The notes under the pieces: model-generated
Told to the model about the DNA's origin: nothing
Database searches by the model: none
The model's input: only the letters and a program-made list of their open reading frames with translations
Assembly: GCF_009914755.1 (NCBI RefSeq)
Contig: NC_060932.1
Source: the human T2T-CHM13v2.0 reference genome, Homo sapiens
Direction: 5' to 3' (one strand)
Length of the DNA stretch: 64,000 nt
In this document: positions 24,190-47,690 of the stretch, one piece after another
How the letters are laid out: each line of letters opens with the position of its first letter
Position numbering within the stretch: position 1 is the stretch's first letter
Translations under genes and position numbers: made by a program

Positions 24190-25085
24190 TAAAGTGGAAC
24201 TTTCATTAATTACATTTATTACTTGGAAAACTCCAGAGAATGAGCTGAACACTAATTCAAACAAATAGAAGAAAGGATGGATTTTTTTTTTCAACAAATG
24301 GTATTGGAACATCAGATCCCTACCTCATACCAAAATAACTTTCAGCAAAATAAAAGATTTAATTAAACTGTAAAAGGAATAAATAAAGGTATGGACAATT
24401 TTTTTTTCTGATTTGAGAGTAGGAGAGGCTTTTCTTGGCATTCAGGCAAAAGCAGAAAACAAGCAAAGACAGACTTGAAAATAAAATTAACCCTTCTCTG
24501 TTTTAATAATAGTAAATAATAATGAAGCACAGGATGAAAATCCATTGAGATTAAGATAATTAGGGAGGAATATCAGGTTTGGGGCTTCTAAGGGGTATCC
24601 TTGCGGGTGGAGAAAGTGATGGATTTGATTTTAGACATGTTGATCCTTGTGGGACCACTCTGTAAAAATGAATTAAGAGACATACACATGCACACGTATA
24701 CAGCCCAGGAGGGATGACAAGGATTGAGACATACATGGTGGAGAACTCAGCATGCAGATGATAGTTATTAATAAATTTACTAGAGTGGATGGGATTACCC
24801 AGGAATGAGAAAAGAAGTGGTCCTCAGAACCCTGCAGAACACTGACATTTAAGGAACATAGAGGAAGGAAAATCCAGGAGAGTCCAGGAGCAGCGGCTTA
24901 TGCCTATAATCCCAGCATTTTGGGAGGCTGAGGCAGGCGGATCACCTGAGGTCAGGAGTTTGAGACCAGCCTGGCTATAATGGCAAAACCCCATCTCTAC
25001 TAGAAGATGCCAAGCTCCTTCAGGACAGGAGAGGTTCCAAGTTGGATTTGTCTCTGTGACTAGATAATACCTAGCACTGTGCCAC

Positions 25086-25147
25086 GTACATGAGGATATC
25101 CAATACACACCCTTTTGTACATGAGGATATCCAATACACACCCTTTT
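25086..25147 (+). repeat. Perfect 31-bp tandem duplication
   Basis: GTACATGAGGATATCCAATACACACCCTTTT x2. Confidence 0.97.
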
Positions 25148-25180
25148 GATCGTTTCCTTTTTTCAAAAAACATATACTAA

Positions 25181-26644
25181 TGTGTCTGGAATTGGTGGGT
25201 TTTTTGGTCTCACTGACTTCAAGAATGAAGCTGTGGACCCTCGTGGTGAGTGTTACAGTTCTTAAAGATGATGTGCCAGCAGTTTGTTCCTTCTGATGTT
25301 CGGACGTGTTTGGAGTTTCTTCCTTCTGGTGGTTAGTGGTCTCAGTGGCTTCAGGAATGAAGCTGCAAACCTTCACAGTGAGTGTTACAGCTCATAAAAG
25401 CAGTGCAGACCCAAACAGTGAGCAGCAGCAATATTTATTGCAAAGAGCAAAAGAACAAACCTTCCACACCACTGAAGGGGACCCCAGTGGGTTGCCGCTG
25501 CTGGCTCAGGCAGCCTGCTTTTATTCCCTTATCTGGCCCCACCCACATCCTGTTGATTGGTCCATTTTACAGAGAGAAGATTGGTCTGCTTTACAGAGAA
25601 CTGATTGGTCCGTTTTGACAGGGTGCTGTTTGGTGCATTTATAATCCCTGAGCTAGACACAGAATACTGATTGGTGCATTTATAATCCTCTAGCTAGACA
25701 TAAAAGATCTCCAAGTCCCCACTAGATTGGCTAGACACAGAGCACTGATTGGTGCGTTTACAAACCTTGAACTAGACACAGAGTGCTGATTGGTGCATTT
25801 ACAATCCTTTAGCTAGACACAGGGTGCTGATTGGTGTGTTTACAATCCTTGAGCTAGACACAGAGGGCTGATTTGTGTATTTACAATCCTTTAGCTAGAC
25901 ATAAAGGTTCTCCAAGTCCCCACCAGATTAGCTAGATAGAGTGCTGATTGGTGCATATACACTCCTCCGGCAAGACATAAAAGTTCTCCAAGTCCCCACC
26001 CAACTCTGGAGCCCAGCTGGCTTCGCCTAGTGGATCCCACGCCAGGGCTGCAGGCAGAGCTGCCCACCAGTCCGGTGCTGCATGCCTGCACTCCTCAGCC
26101 CTTGGGCGGTCAATAGGACTGGCCACTGCAGAGCAGGGGGTGGTGCCTGTCGGGGAGGCTCGGGCTGCACAGGTGCCCACCACAGGGCGGGGGGAGGGGG
26201 GGTGGCTTGGGCATGGCGGGCCTCAGGTCCCGAGCCCTGCCCCGCAGGGAGGCGACTGAGGCCTGGTGAGAATTTGAGCATGGTGCAGGCAGGCCAGCAG
26301 TGCTGGGGGACCTAGCACCCCCTCTGCAGCTGCTGGCCCAGGTGCTAAGCCCGTCACTGCCCAGGCCGGCAGCGCCAGCTACTCCAAGTGTGGGGCCCAC
26401 TGAGCCCATGCCCACCTGGAACTCGCGCTGGCCCACAAGTGCCGCGTGCAGCCCCGGTTCCCCCCCGCACCTCTCCCTCCACACCTCCCCGCAAGCAGAG
26501 GTAGCTGGCTCTGACCTTGGCCAGCCCAGAGAGGGGCTCCCACAGTGCAGCAGCGAAGGGCTCCTCAAGCGCGGCCAGAGTGGGTGCCGAGGCCAAGAAG
26601 GCGCCGAGAGCAAGTGAGGGCTACCAGCACGCTGTCACCTCTTA
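25181..26644 (-). mobile_element. Solo LTR12 (ERV9 LTR), reverse orientation
   Basis: TGTGTC...GTCACCTCTTA (5' TG mutated to TA); 4-bp TSD CTAA at 25177-25180 and 26645-26648; ATTGG repeats; TTTTATTCCCTTATCT promoter 25519-25534; polyA signal 25434-25439. Confidence 0.96.
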
Positions 26645-26816
26645 CTAATTTAAAAATAGGTCAATTTATGCTTCAAAATTTAGTAGGAGTGAAAGGATAT
26701 CTTCTTGCGGCTCCTCTTCTTCAGCTATTTTCCCCTGTGGAATTTATGAATATTATGCTTTCTGTGTATCCTTGCAGAGATATTTTATGCATATGGAAGT
26801 AAATCAGAACACATTT

Positions 26817-28783
<1,967 letters not shown>

Positions 28784-30140
28784 TATTTATCAACTTTCTA
28801 ATCCTTTCTACTGATGTATGTGTAGCATTATTTTATTTTTTGAAGGTTTTAATATTTTAAAATATCTGGTTGGTTCAGTTCCAGTTCTCCTTAATTACTC
28901 TTTTTTTTCAGAATTTTATTGGAAAATCATATTGATTTTTATATACAAGGTTTAGACTATACTTCTGTGATTTAAAAAATCCATTTAAAAATCTTACTGG
29001 AATTGAATTAAATTTATAGATCAACTTAGGGAGACTTGATATCTTTCACATATGGAGTCTTCCTAGCTAAGAACATAGTGGATCTTTCTAGGTGATTAGT
29101 TTTGTGTCCAAGAGTAAATTATAAAATGTTCTTTATGGCAACTGCACATTTATTGATAAATTTATTTTTAGCTATTTTTATCTTTTTTTGAGACAAGAAA
29201 TGTCTTTTCTTCCATTATATTTTCCAATTGGCTATGATTAATACACAATTTTTTTCCATTAGCTTCTTAAGTGGAACACATCTGAACTAAACCATTGGCA
29301 GGCCAACGTCGTACTATTATTGTTGCTATTTTTTACTTTGTAGATTTCCCAGGCAGTCTTAAAAACAGTAAATTCAGTACTGGAGCTCTTGCAAATTTCT
29401 CCCTTAGCCGCTCAGTTCTAAAATTCCTTAGCAAGGTCACAGATGGTGTCCCTCTCTGCTGGTATTTTAGTCAAATCAAGGTTTTTGTTTATGCTTTTTT
29501 CCTGCAGGCCAAATAGTAGAGATATTTTTGGTGAAAATTGGAGTTTGATCTCATCAAGCCTCCAAACTGAGCACTCAGGATGCTGGGCAGCAGTGGTGTT
29601 ATCTGTTCTGAGGACCCCCACTGGAGCAGGGCATTGTGCAAGTCTGTGGAAATTGCTAAGGCCATATTTTTGTACCCTCTTGTGAACTGAGACAAGTTTT
29701 CAGTGCTTGGAGTATTAAAATTACTGCACTTTCATCACATTAATTAATTAGAAGTGGTTAGAACAACAAGGGACTTTTGAGATCATGAATGTGGTCTAAA
29801 ATTTTCATTTTGCAGAAGAAGGCCATGTTGAAGAGACATGTCACCTGTAGTTAAAAAATGAGGAATGAAAACCGAAGACTTCAGGTGCTAGGGCTGGTGC
29901 TGTCTCTTCTAACTTAAACTCTCCTTTCTCCTTTAATTTATAACGTCAACATTTCGAAGGAGCCTTCTCCAAACATTTATTGTTTCCCATTGCAAGTACC
30001 AGAGAGAAAAACGCCTGCTCAATCACAAACACCCTCATTGATAAGTCAGGCCAAGTGACTGTGCTTGACTTCTGTTTGTCTATCTCTGACTGCTTTGCTA
30101 ATCTAGCAGTTCTCAAAATGTAGTCCAGGGATCCCTGTAA

Positions 30141-30305
<165 letters not shown>

Positions 30306-30719
30306 TAGCTGGGATTACAGGTGCCCACCACCAAGCCTGGCTAATTTTTGTATTTTTAGTGGAGACGAGGTTTTACCATGTTGGCCAGGCTGGTCTCGAA
30401 CTCCTGACCTTGTGATCCTCCCTCCTCAGCCTCCAGAGGTAATAAGGGCTGGGATTATAGGCATGAGCCACCGCGCCTCGCGGTCAAAACTATTTTATAG
30501 TAATATTAAAACATTATTTGCCTTCTATACTCTCATTTGCTTAGGAATATTTTCTGGAATTTTCTAAGAAGGTAGGTTTAGGATATAAAGATGAACATTT
30601 TCAGAGATGAACTAAGACTGTCTTCACTACTCCTGAGCTCTTGCTACTTCCAGTTATACTTGCTATATTCCCTTCAACCTCATTATTGTTCAATTAATTA
30701 TTACTTTGAAATCCTGAAG

Positions 30720-32172
<1,453 letters not shown>

Positions 32173-32463
32173 AGTGAGCCGAGATTGTGCCATTGCACTC
32201 CAGCCTGGGCAACAGAGCAATACTCTGTCTCCAGAAAAAAAAAAAAAAAAAAAAATTTTCTTCTGCCTAATCTAATCTTCTGTTGGAACTCTCACATGTA
32301 TTTTTCATTTCATTCTTTGAATTCTTCAGCTCCAAGATTTCTATTTGGTTATTTTTAAATGATATATATCTTTAAAAATTTTTAAATTTATATTATGAAT
32401 TGTTTTTCTGGTTTCATTAAATTGTCTATATTCTCGTCTCACTGAGTTTCTTTAAGATCATTA

Positions 32464-34025
32464 CAGTAATATGTCAATTAATGATGGGATATGTTCTGAG
32501 AAATGTGTTGTTAGGTGATTTTGTCATTGTATGAACATCATAGAATGTACTTACATAAACCTAGATGGTATAGCCAACTACATACCTAGGCTATATGATA
32601 TAGCTTATTGCTTCTAGGATACAAACCTGTCCACCGAATACTGTAGGCAATTGTAACACAATGTTAAGTATGTGTATCTAAACATAGAATAAATACAATA
32701 AAAATACAGTATAAAAGATAAAAAATGTTACACCTTTATAGGGCACTTACCATGAACGAAACTTGAAGGACTAGGAGTTGCTCTGGATGATTTAATGAAT
32801 GAGTGAATGATGAGTGAATGTGAAGGTCTGCAGCATTACTGTATACTATTATTGAATTTTTAAACACTGTACACTTAGTCTACACTAAGTTTATTTAAAA
32901 ATTATTTATTTAATAGTAAATTAACCTTAGCTTACTATAACATGTTCACTGTGTAATCTCTTAAATATTTTAAAATTTTGGACTCTTTTGAAATAACACT
33001 TAGCTTAAAACACAAAAAGCTTGTATAGTTATACAAAAACATTTTCTTTCTTTGTATCTTTAGTCTATAAGCTTTTAAATATTTTAAAATTTTTTATTTT
33101 TTCACTTCTTAAATTTTTTTGTTAAAAACAAAGACACAAACACACACACTAGCCTAGGCCTATTTATTAAGATCATCAATATCATTGTCTTCCACTTCCA
33201 CATTTTGTCTGGACTATCTCCTGAAGGACCTGCCTGAGGCTCTCCTTCAGGAAGTGTCACTCTTTTCAGAAATATGTCCATGGTGGTTTGCTTAGTTTCA
33301 TTTAGTTTCTTTCTTTCTTTCTTTTTCTTTTTCTTTTTCCTTTTTTTTTTTTTTTTTTTTTTGAGATGAGGTGTCACTCTGTTGTCCAGGCTGGAGTACA
33401 GTGGTGTGATCTTGGCTCACTACAACCTCCGCCTCCCAGGTTCAACTGATTCTCCTGCCTTAGCCTCCTGAGTAGCTGGGATTACAAGCACCCGCCACCA
33501 AGCCCGGCTAATATTTGTATTTGTAGTAGAGATGGAGTTTCACCATGCTGGCCAGGCTGGTCTTGAACTCCTGACCTCAGATGATCCACCTGCCTTGGCC
33601 TCCCAAAGTGCAAAGTGCTGGGATTACAGGTGTGAGCCACTGCACTCGGCCTAGTTTCTTTTTTTAATCATAGATTTGCTTGGTGACATCACTCCAAGAA
33701 CCAAACAAGTTTCTTGATGCAGTCATAGACATTGTAATCCTTCCAGGATTGATCAATGTCTTCTCCATGTCTTCCTCAGTTGCAATAGCCTCGGTAAAGG
33801 TCTTCTGAGGTAGTAGCCCTAAAAGTGGCTGTAACTCCTTGACCCATTGTTTGGATAAAAGAGATGGTGTTTGGAGAAACACCACATTGATACTGGATGA
33901 AGGTGACAAATAGGAGGATGTGTGGGAACATTATCAACAATAAGCAAATTATTGAAAGGTATGTTATTCTCCAAACAGTACTTCATTGGGATAGCAACCG
34001 GGAGGGCATCTTGGAAAATAAGATG
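32464..34025 (-). mobile_element. Tigger3 (Golem, pogo-like) with transposase remnants and internal deletions
   Basis: TA|CAGTAATATGTC...GTTCTGAGAAATGTGTTGTTAGGTGATT terminus; - strand peptides [21 protein letters not shown] and TKQTTMDIFLKRVT.PE.EPQAGPSG. Confidence 0.8.
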
Positions 34026-34029
34026 TGTA

Positions 34030-37392
<3,363 letters not shown>

Positions 37393-37472
37393 AAAAAAGA
37401 TAAAGTGTGATGGTGCCAATTAAGTTGTGGCATCACTTGAAGACCACTCACTCAGAATTCAAAGAAAAAAGA

Positions 37473-38602
<1,130 letters not shown>

Positions 38603-39350
38603 ATATAGATATGATGAGTTCTTTAAAAGCTAAAAGTTGTTTGCCACATCTTTTCCTATGAGAAATGAGACAACCTCCAAAGCTCCTTGCACAGTTAAGC
38701 TATTTTGTTACATTGGCTGCAGAAGAGCACATAGAGTTGAAACCTTATAAAGCCTTTTACAGATGACATTGCTGGATGCCTGCTGGATGAAAAGTCAGTA
38801 AAGGAAATTACGGTAATGCCACTTTCCAATGACCCAGTAACTTGTTGCATTAAAGATTTGGCTATAAAAGTAATAACTGAATTAATATCTCTTCTGCAGA
38901 ATTGTACTTTTGCTTACTGCTGGGTTGAATCTACAAATTTGACTGGGCTTGCTCTTGTGCCTGTATTCATCCTGTATCAGCCCCAACTAATGATCACCAA
39001 AGATCCTTCATGGGAATTATTTGGCGACAAATGCAAATCGTGGAATAACTCTTTTGACAATGAACCTGTCTCTTAGTAAGAAATACAAAGCTTTGAAAAG
39101 CCTCTTATGAATCTCATGTTGTTTCCTGGAACAAGTCTGTTGACATTTACATGCATGATACAAAAGCTACGGTGAGTAAAACTGCTGGCTCCTTAGCATG
39201 AATCCAGGCAGTGGCATTCAATTGTACCAGCTGTCTCCATACCAGAAGTATCATGTCCTCCACCATCCCATACATGCAGTTAAAAAAAGGCAAGACAGTT
39301 TCAGTTAAAAATGTCCTTGATGAAGCTGTAAAAGTCAATAATTCCATTAA

Positions 39351-39611
<261 letters not shown>

Positions 39612-39836
39612 TAGTTGGCCAGACTGGTCTGGAACTCCTGGTCTCGGGTGATCCACCCACCTCAGCCTCCCAAAGTGCTGAGATTACAGGCGTGAGCCAC
39701 CGCACCTGGCCAAATCTTAACATTTTGAACACATACCTTTTTACTATTTCTGCATGACCAAATGGGAAGTGCCCGTGAAGCACTTTTACTACATACTGAA
39801 GTATGAAGCTTGTCTCAGGAAAAGCACCTGTGCAAC

Positions 39837-40196
39837 CGTATTAGTCCGTTTTCACGCTGCTCATAAAGACATACCCGAGACTGGGCAATTTACAAAAGAG
39901 AGATTTATTGGACTTATAGCTCCACATGCCTGGGGAGGCCTCACAATCATGGCAGAAGGCAAGGAAGAGTAAGTCACATCTTATGTGGATGGCAGCAGGC
40001 AAAGTGAGAGCTTGTGCAGGAAAACTCCCATTTTAAAACCATCAGATTTTGTGAGACCCATTAACTATCACAAGAACAGCATGGGAAAGACCTGCCCCCT
40101 TGATTCATCATCTCCCACCAGGTGCCTCCTCAACACATGGGAATTATGGGAGCTACAAGAATGAGATTTGGGTGGGGTCACAGTCCAGCCATATCA
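39837..40196 (-). mobile_element. THE1B-like solo LTR (MaLR)
   Basis: (C)GTATTAGTCCGTTTTCACGCTGCT...AAAGACATACCCGAGACTGGG ... GAGATTTGGGTGGGG...CCATATCA; TSD GCAAC/ACAAC. Confidence 0.92.
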
Positions 40197-40633
40197 ACAA
40201 CCATTTGAGTTATGAGCTAAACAGGCTACTTGGATCATGGAACACCATTTTTACTTGAAAGAACAGCAGGTGGGACAAACTATGATTACTTAGATTTGGG
40301 TATTTGGTAGATGTTGTGTTCACAATGAACAAAGTGGACATTTTATTTAAGTGAAAGCAATGGATATTTTTCCTTGCCAATGATAAAATTTGAACAGTTC
40401 ATGGAAAATTAGAATACTGTAAAACTTGGATCCACCACTGTAAGTCTGATGGCTTCTTAATACTTTCCTTTATTAAGATAGGTGGTGATATGAATGAATT
40501 TTTTGATATTGTGTGAAATATATCAATATTTTGAAGATCTGTATAACTTAGTAAGCCAATATTTTCCAAGTTAAAAATGTGTGATGTTATAGAAATATTC
40601 ATAAGTAATCCATTCAAAGTGTAAAATAGATGA

Positions 40634-40941
<308 letters not shown>

Positions 40942-41011
40942 TAATAAAATAGTATGAAAACTTCATTATTATGGTTTCTGATTCCACATTGCAACTAACC
41001 ATTAAATGTTA

Positions 41012-41366
41012 CAGGTTGAGCTTCCATAATCTAAAAATCCAAAATCCAAAATGCTCCAAGATGTGAAATTTTTTGAGAACCAACATGATGCCACACCTGG
41101 AAAAATTCCTCACCTGACCTCATGTGATGAGTCACAGTCAATTCAGTGAAAACTCTTTCGTATACAAAACTATCTCAAATATTATATAAAAATTACTTTC
41201 AGACTATATGAGTAAGCTGTATATGAAACAAATAAATTTTGTGTTTAGACTTGGATCTCATCCTCGAGGTATCTCATTATGCATATGCAAATATATCAAA
41301 ATGGAAAATGTTCGAAATCTGAACACTTCTGGTTCCAAGCATCTCAAATAAGGGATACTCAACCTG
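41012..41366. mobile_element. Tigger4/MER46 (Zombi) MITE
   Basis: TIRs CAGGTTGAG...CTCAACCTG, left TA, AAAATCCAAAATGCTCC motif. Confidence 0.85.
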
Positions 41367-41656
41367 CACACTAATAGGTAGTGTAGCATCAAAGAAAAAT
41401 ATCCACAATTATCTTGAAAGGCTATTTAAATGATCCTCCCTTTCCCAGCTATTTATCTGTGTGACACTGGGTTTTCTTCATGTTCTTCAACCAAAATAAC
41501 ACATCACCATTGACTGAATACAGAAGCGGATGTGAGGGATATCTTTTATTAGCTCAGACATTGAAGAGATTTGTAAAAATATCAAACAAAGCTACTATTC
41601 TAACTAAATTTTCTTTTATTTTAGAAAATATAGTCCCAGAACTTAAGTAAAATTAA

Positions 41657-43551
<1,895 letters not shown>

Positions 43552-43664
43552 TAAAGCATTTAGAATCAGTTCCACTTTCCCTGAATCCATAAAAAGAGGA
43601 TTCAGACAAAACCAATATTCATGGAATGGCATCTTGGGTCACAAACTTTGTTTAGACCAAAATA

Positions 43665-43744
43665 TTAGGTTGGATCATATGAAGTTACCATTAACCAAAC
43701 ATTTTTTACTTAAAAAAATGGCAAGTTCATGTGGTTCAATCTAA
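43665..43744. mobile_element. MADE2 mariner-derived MITE (80 bp)
   Basis: TA|TTAGGTTGGATCATATGAAGTTACC...TGGCAAGTTCATGTGGTTCAATCTAA; imperfect palindrome of the expected length. Confidence 0.85.
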
Positions 43745-43857
43745 TCCTCCTGGAGGTTGTACTTCACAGCTGTGAAATGCCAGAAACAAGAGCGGCTAAA
43801 GGACCCATTCTGCAAAGCGTGTAGCAACCTGAGATGAAACAGGGCGGACACCCAGGA

Positions 43858-43872
43858 GTCGCCATCTACGGA
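43858..43872 (-). promoter_or_regulatory. Candidate CTCF site
   Basis: - strand TCCGTAGATGGCGAC versus consensus CCASYAGRKGGCRS; local CpG retention. Confidence 0.5.
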
Positions 43873-43997
43873 GAGAGACTCACCAGCTGGCAGCAAACAC
43901 TGCAAATCAAAGCAAGCAAATGAGGCTGTGTGTATATGATTAGAAAACCGTAGAATGCTGTCCAAATATTATTCAGAAATTATTATTTGTCATATAA

Positions 43998-44205
<208 letters not shown>

Positions 44206-46027
44206 TGAGATTACAGGTGTGTGCCACCACGACTGGCTAATTTTTGTATTTTTCATGCAGACAGGGTTTTGCCATGTTGGCCAGGCTGGTCTGGATCTCC
44301 TGACCTCAGGTGATCCGCCTGCCTCGGCCTAAGTGCTGGGAATACAGGCGTGAGCCACTGCACCCGGCCACATTTCACCTGTTCACTTTAAAAGACCAAA
44401 ACCTAAAGGAATTAATTGGCAGCCCCATAGACATTGTGGATTTTTTTTGTCTTATGATCCAGGTTGGACCCCATGGACTGGAATAAAAGGTTTCCTGAAG
44501 CTTTGGAGAGTCTGATAACTTAGGTGTCTTTTTCACCAAATTGCTTTAAATTTAAATTAGAGAGTCAGGCACAGTGGCTCATGTCTATAATCCCGGCACT
44601 TTGGGAGGCCAGAGAATTGCTTGAGGCCAGGAGTTCAAGACAGGCCTGGACAACATAGCAAGATGCTGTTCTCTATAGAAACAAATAAACAAATTAAAGG
44701 ATAATTATGTACTAAGAGATGTGTTTTTGACTCCCTCCCATGGAGTAATAACATCAGCTTCTGGCTGAATCCAACTTCATTTTTCCAAACCCCAAGAATT
44801 GGGCTAGTCCTGTGCCTGAGGCACTTGCCACCACACTCAGGGCTGGCCGAGGGCTGGGGCACTGCTGGCACCGTCTCATTTTATGAGCTGTAGTGTGACG
44901 CATCAGAACTAGACAAGACGGCTCAGAGAAGCACAGTGGTGGCTGCGTGTTACCATACACTCCATTTCCTCTTAGGACAGGACAGGAAACTGAGGTTTCC
45001 AGGAGAAACGCCCCTCCCCTTTTGATGTTACATGGGAGGGAAACCAGGCTGCCGAGGTGTGACCCCCACCCCATGCGAGTGAGCAGGGCTGCGGGTGATT
45101 AAAAGGTTAAGAGGCATTTCCAAGTGTGAGCCCAGGAGAAGAAATGTGAACACTCAAAGGCTCGCTCTCTGTTCAAGAGGTCACTTTCTGTTAGTAATCC
45201 TCGCCTATGCCCTGGAATTCTGATGTGGGCCTTTTCAGGCCCATGGAAACCAGCCCTGCTGGGTCCTGGCACGAGCCTGGGATGCCACCAAGCCAGCTCA
45301 GGAGCTCCCTGGTGGTCCTGGTCCCAACCCAGATTTCCTTTTTGTTTCCCAAATGGCTTTTATCCCAAGCTCTGGGAAAATAATGTAAGCAAAGCTAAAT
45401 GAGAATTGATCACGAGGTCGCAGACCCCGAGCTCTGACTCAAAGCCTGGCCTTCAGCACTGGCACCCTAAGCCTCACCTCAACTCCACTTGCTTGCCTCT
45501 GGGAGCAGCCTTGGCTGAGGGGGTGTGATGGGGTGGCCACCTTGGCTTCCTTGTTGGGTGCGTCTGTGTAGGGCCCTGGGCTCACCTTTCTTCTTCCTGC
45601 CTCATGCTACCTTTCCCCCACATCCATGATAGTATTAATACTTACCTCTGGGGAGGAGAGAGAATAGGGCTGAAAGCTGGAAGGAAAAATGTGGCTTCAA
45701 CTTTATTTGCAATATTCTATTGCTTTTATAAAATTAAAGGTCTGCCAGCCTGGGCAGCATGGCGAAACCCTGTCTCTAGAAAAATTTCAAAAATTAGCTA
45801 AGAGTGGTGGTGCATGCCTGTGGGCTCAGCTGCTTGGGAGGCTGAGGTGGGAGGATCACTAGCACTCAGGAGGTTGAGGCTATAGTGAACCGTGATCGTG
45901 CCACTGCACTCCAGCCTAGGCGACAGAGCAAGAACCTGTCTCAAAAAAAACAAATCTGCTGCCAATCTTTTATGAAAAAAGTATATGAATGATTAATATT
46001 GATAATTAATATAAACATTTTGTCACT

Positions 46028-46135
46028 CAGACTGCAACTCTTGCCTGGGTCTCCAGCCTGTTGCCCATTGCAGATTTTGGGCTTGTACCTCCATGGTTAT
46101 GTGAGTCAATTACTTAAAATAAATCTCTCTCTCTA
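46028..46135 (+). mobile_element. MLT2 (ERVL) LTR 3' fragment
   Basis: GGGTCTCCAGCCTG...TGCAGATTTTGGGCTTG...TTAAAATAAATCTCTCTCT. Confidence 0.75.
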
Positions 46136-47325
46136 ATATTAACTATTAAATACTAATAAATTATATTAATGTGATATTTTGGTGGGTGATTTAATTACTA
46201 TATATTTTCTCAATCTTTAAACTTAATACTGCACTTCCAATATTAACAGTAGTGAAATTAGTAGTGATAGCTCTTTTCTCCTTTTATATATTATTTTACC
46301 TCTATTGCAGCTTTACTGAGATATAATTGACAATATGGCATATATTTATAGTGTACATTGTGATGATTTGATACACATACACATTGTGGAATGATTACTG
46401 CAATCAAGTTGATTAACACATCCATCACCTCACATGGTCACCTTTATTTTTTGGTGAGAACACTTACACGTTTTATGTATTTCTCATGTTAGTCTTTTTT
46501 CTTTCTTTTATTTATTTATTTATTTTTTGACAGAGTCTCGCTCTGTCGCCCAGGCTGGAGTGCAGTGGCATGATCTCTGCCTCCCAGATTCAAGCGATTT
46601 TCCTGCCTCAGCCTCCTGAGTAGCTGGGATCACAGGCACCTGCCACCACACCTGGCTAGTTTTTGTATTTTTTTAGTAGAGACGGAATTTCACCGTGTTG
46701 GCCAGGCTGGTCTTGAACTCCTGGCCTTAAGCTATCCTCTCTCCTCCGCCTCCGAAAGTGCTGAGATTACAGATGTGAGCCACCATGACTGGCCTCATGT
46801 TAGTCTTTTAATGAGCATGTTTTTCTTTTCTGACTGGAAAAAATCTTTTTAAAGCACATATTGAGCGACTGTTTTTACACAAGTAGCTATGGGATTGGTG
46901 CCGTGTGCGCTCCTTGGACGTGGGTCTGCTCTGCAAAGACAAGGTGCCAAAGGACACAGATTAGGTGCAGAATAATAACACTGAACCCATAGTGGGGATG
47001 GGGCTCTAAGGTGCTGAACTGCCTTAGTGGCATGGGAATGGGGACACCATTTCAGATTGCACTTTTATCAGAAGTGAATCCATCATCCCAAAGGGAATTG
47101 CCCTAGCTTCCTCTGTGCAGGGCTGTGAAGGAGGAAGTCCAGCAGTTCTAAGGAACAGCAGGGGATGCAAGCCAATCAGTAAAGGAGGCTGTCCTTTTCC
47201 CAAACTGTGTTGGAGGGAAGCAACGCCTCCTTAGCAATTCATTAACAAAGACTAAGACATTTTTGCAAATAAAAAGAAAGCTGGCTCAGAATAAACGGTA
47301 CACTGGGGAGGATGGTGAGGCATAA

Positions 47326-47690
<365 letters not shown>

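Noticed and set aside
29445-29465. CAGATGGTG / CCAGCAGAGAGGG CTCF-like motifs
   Set aside because: Several mismatches or wrong spacing in the core
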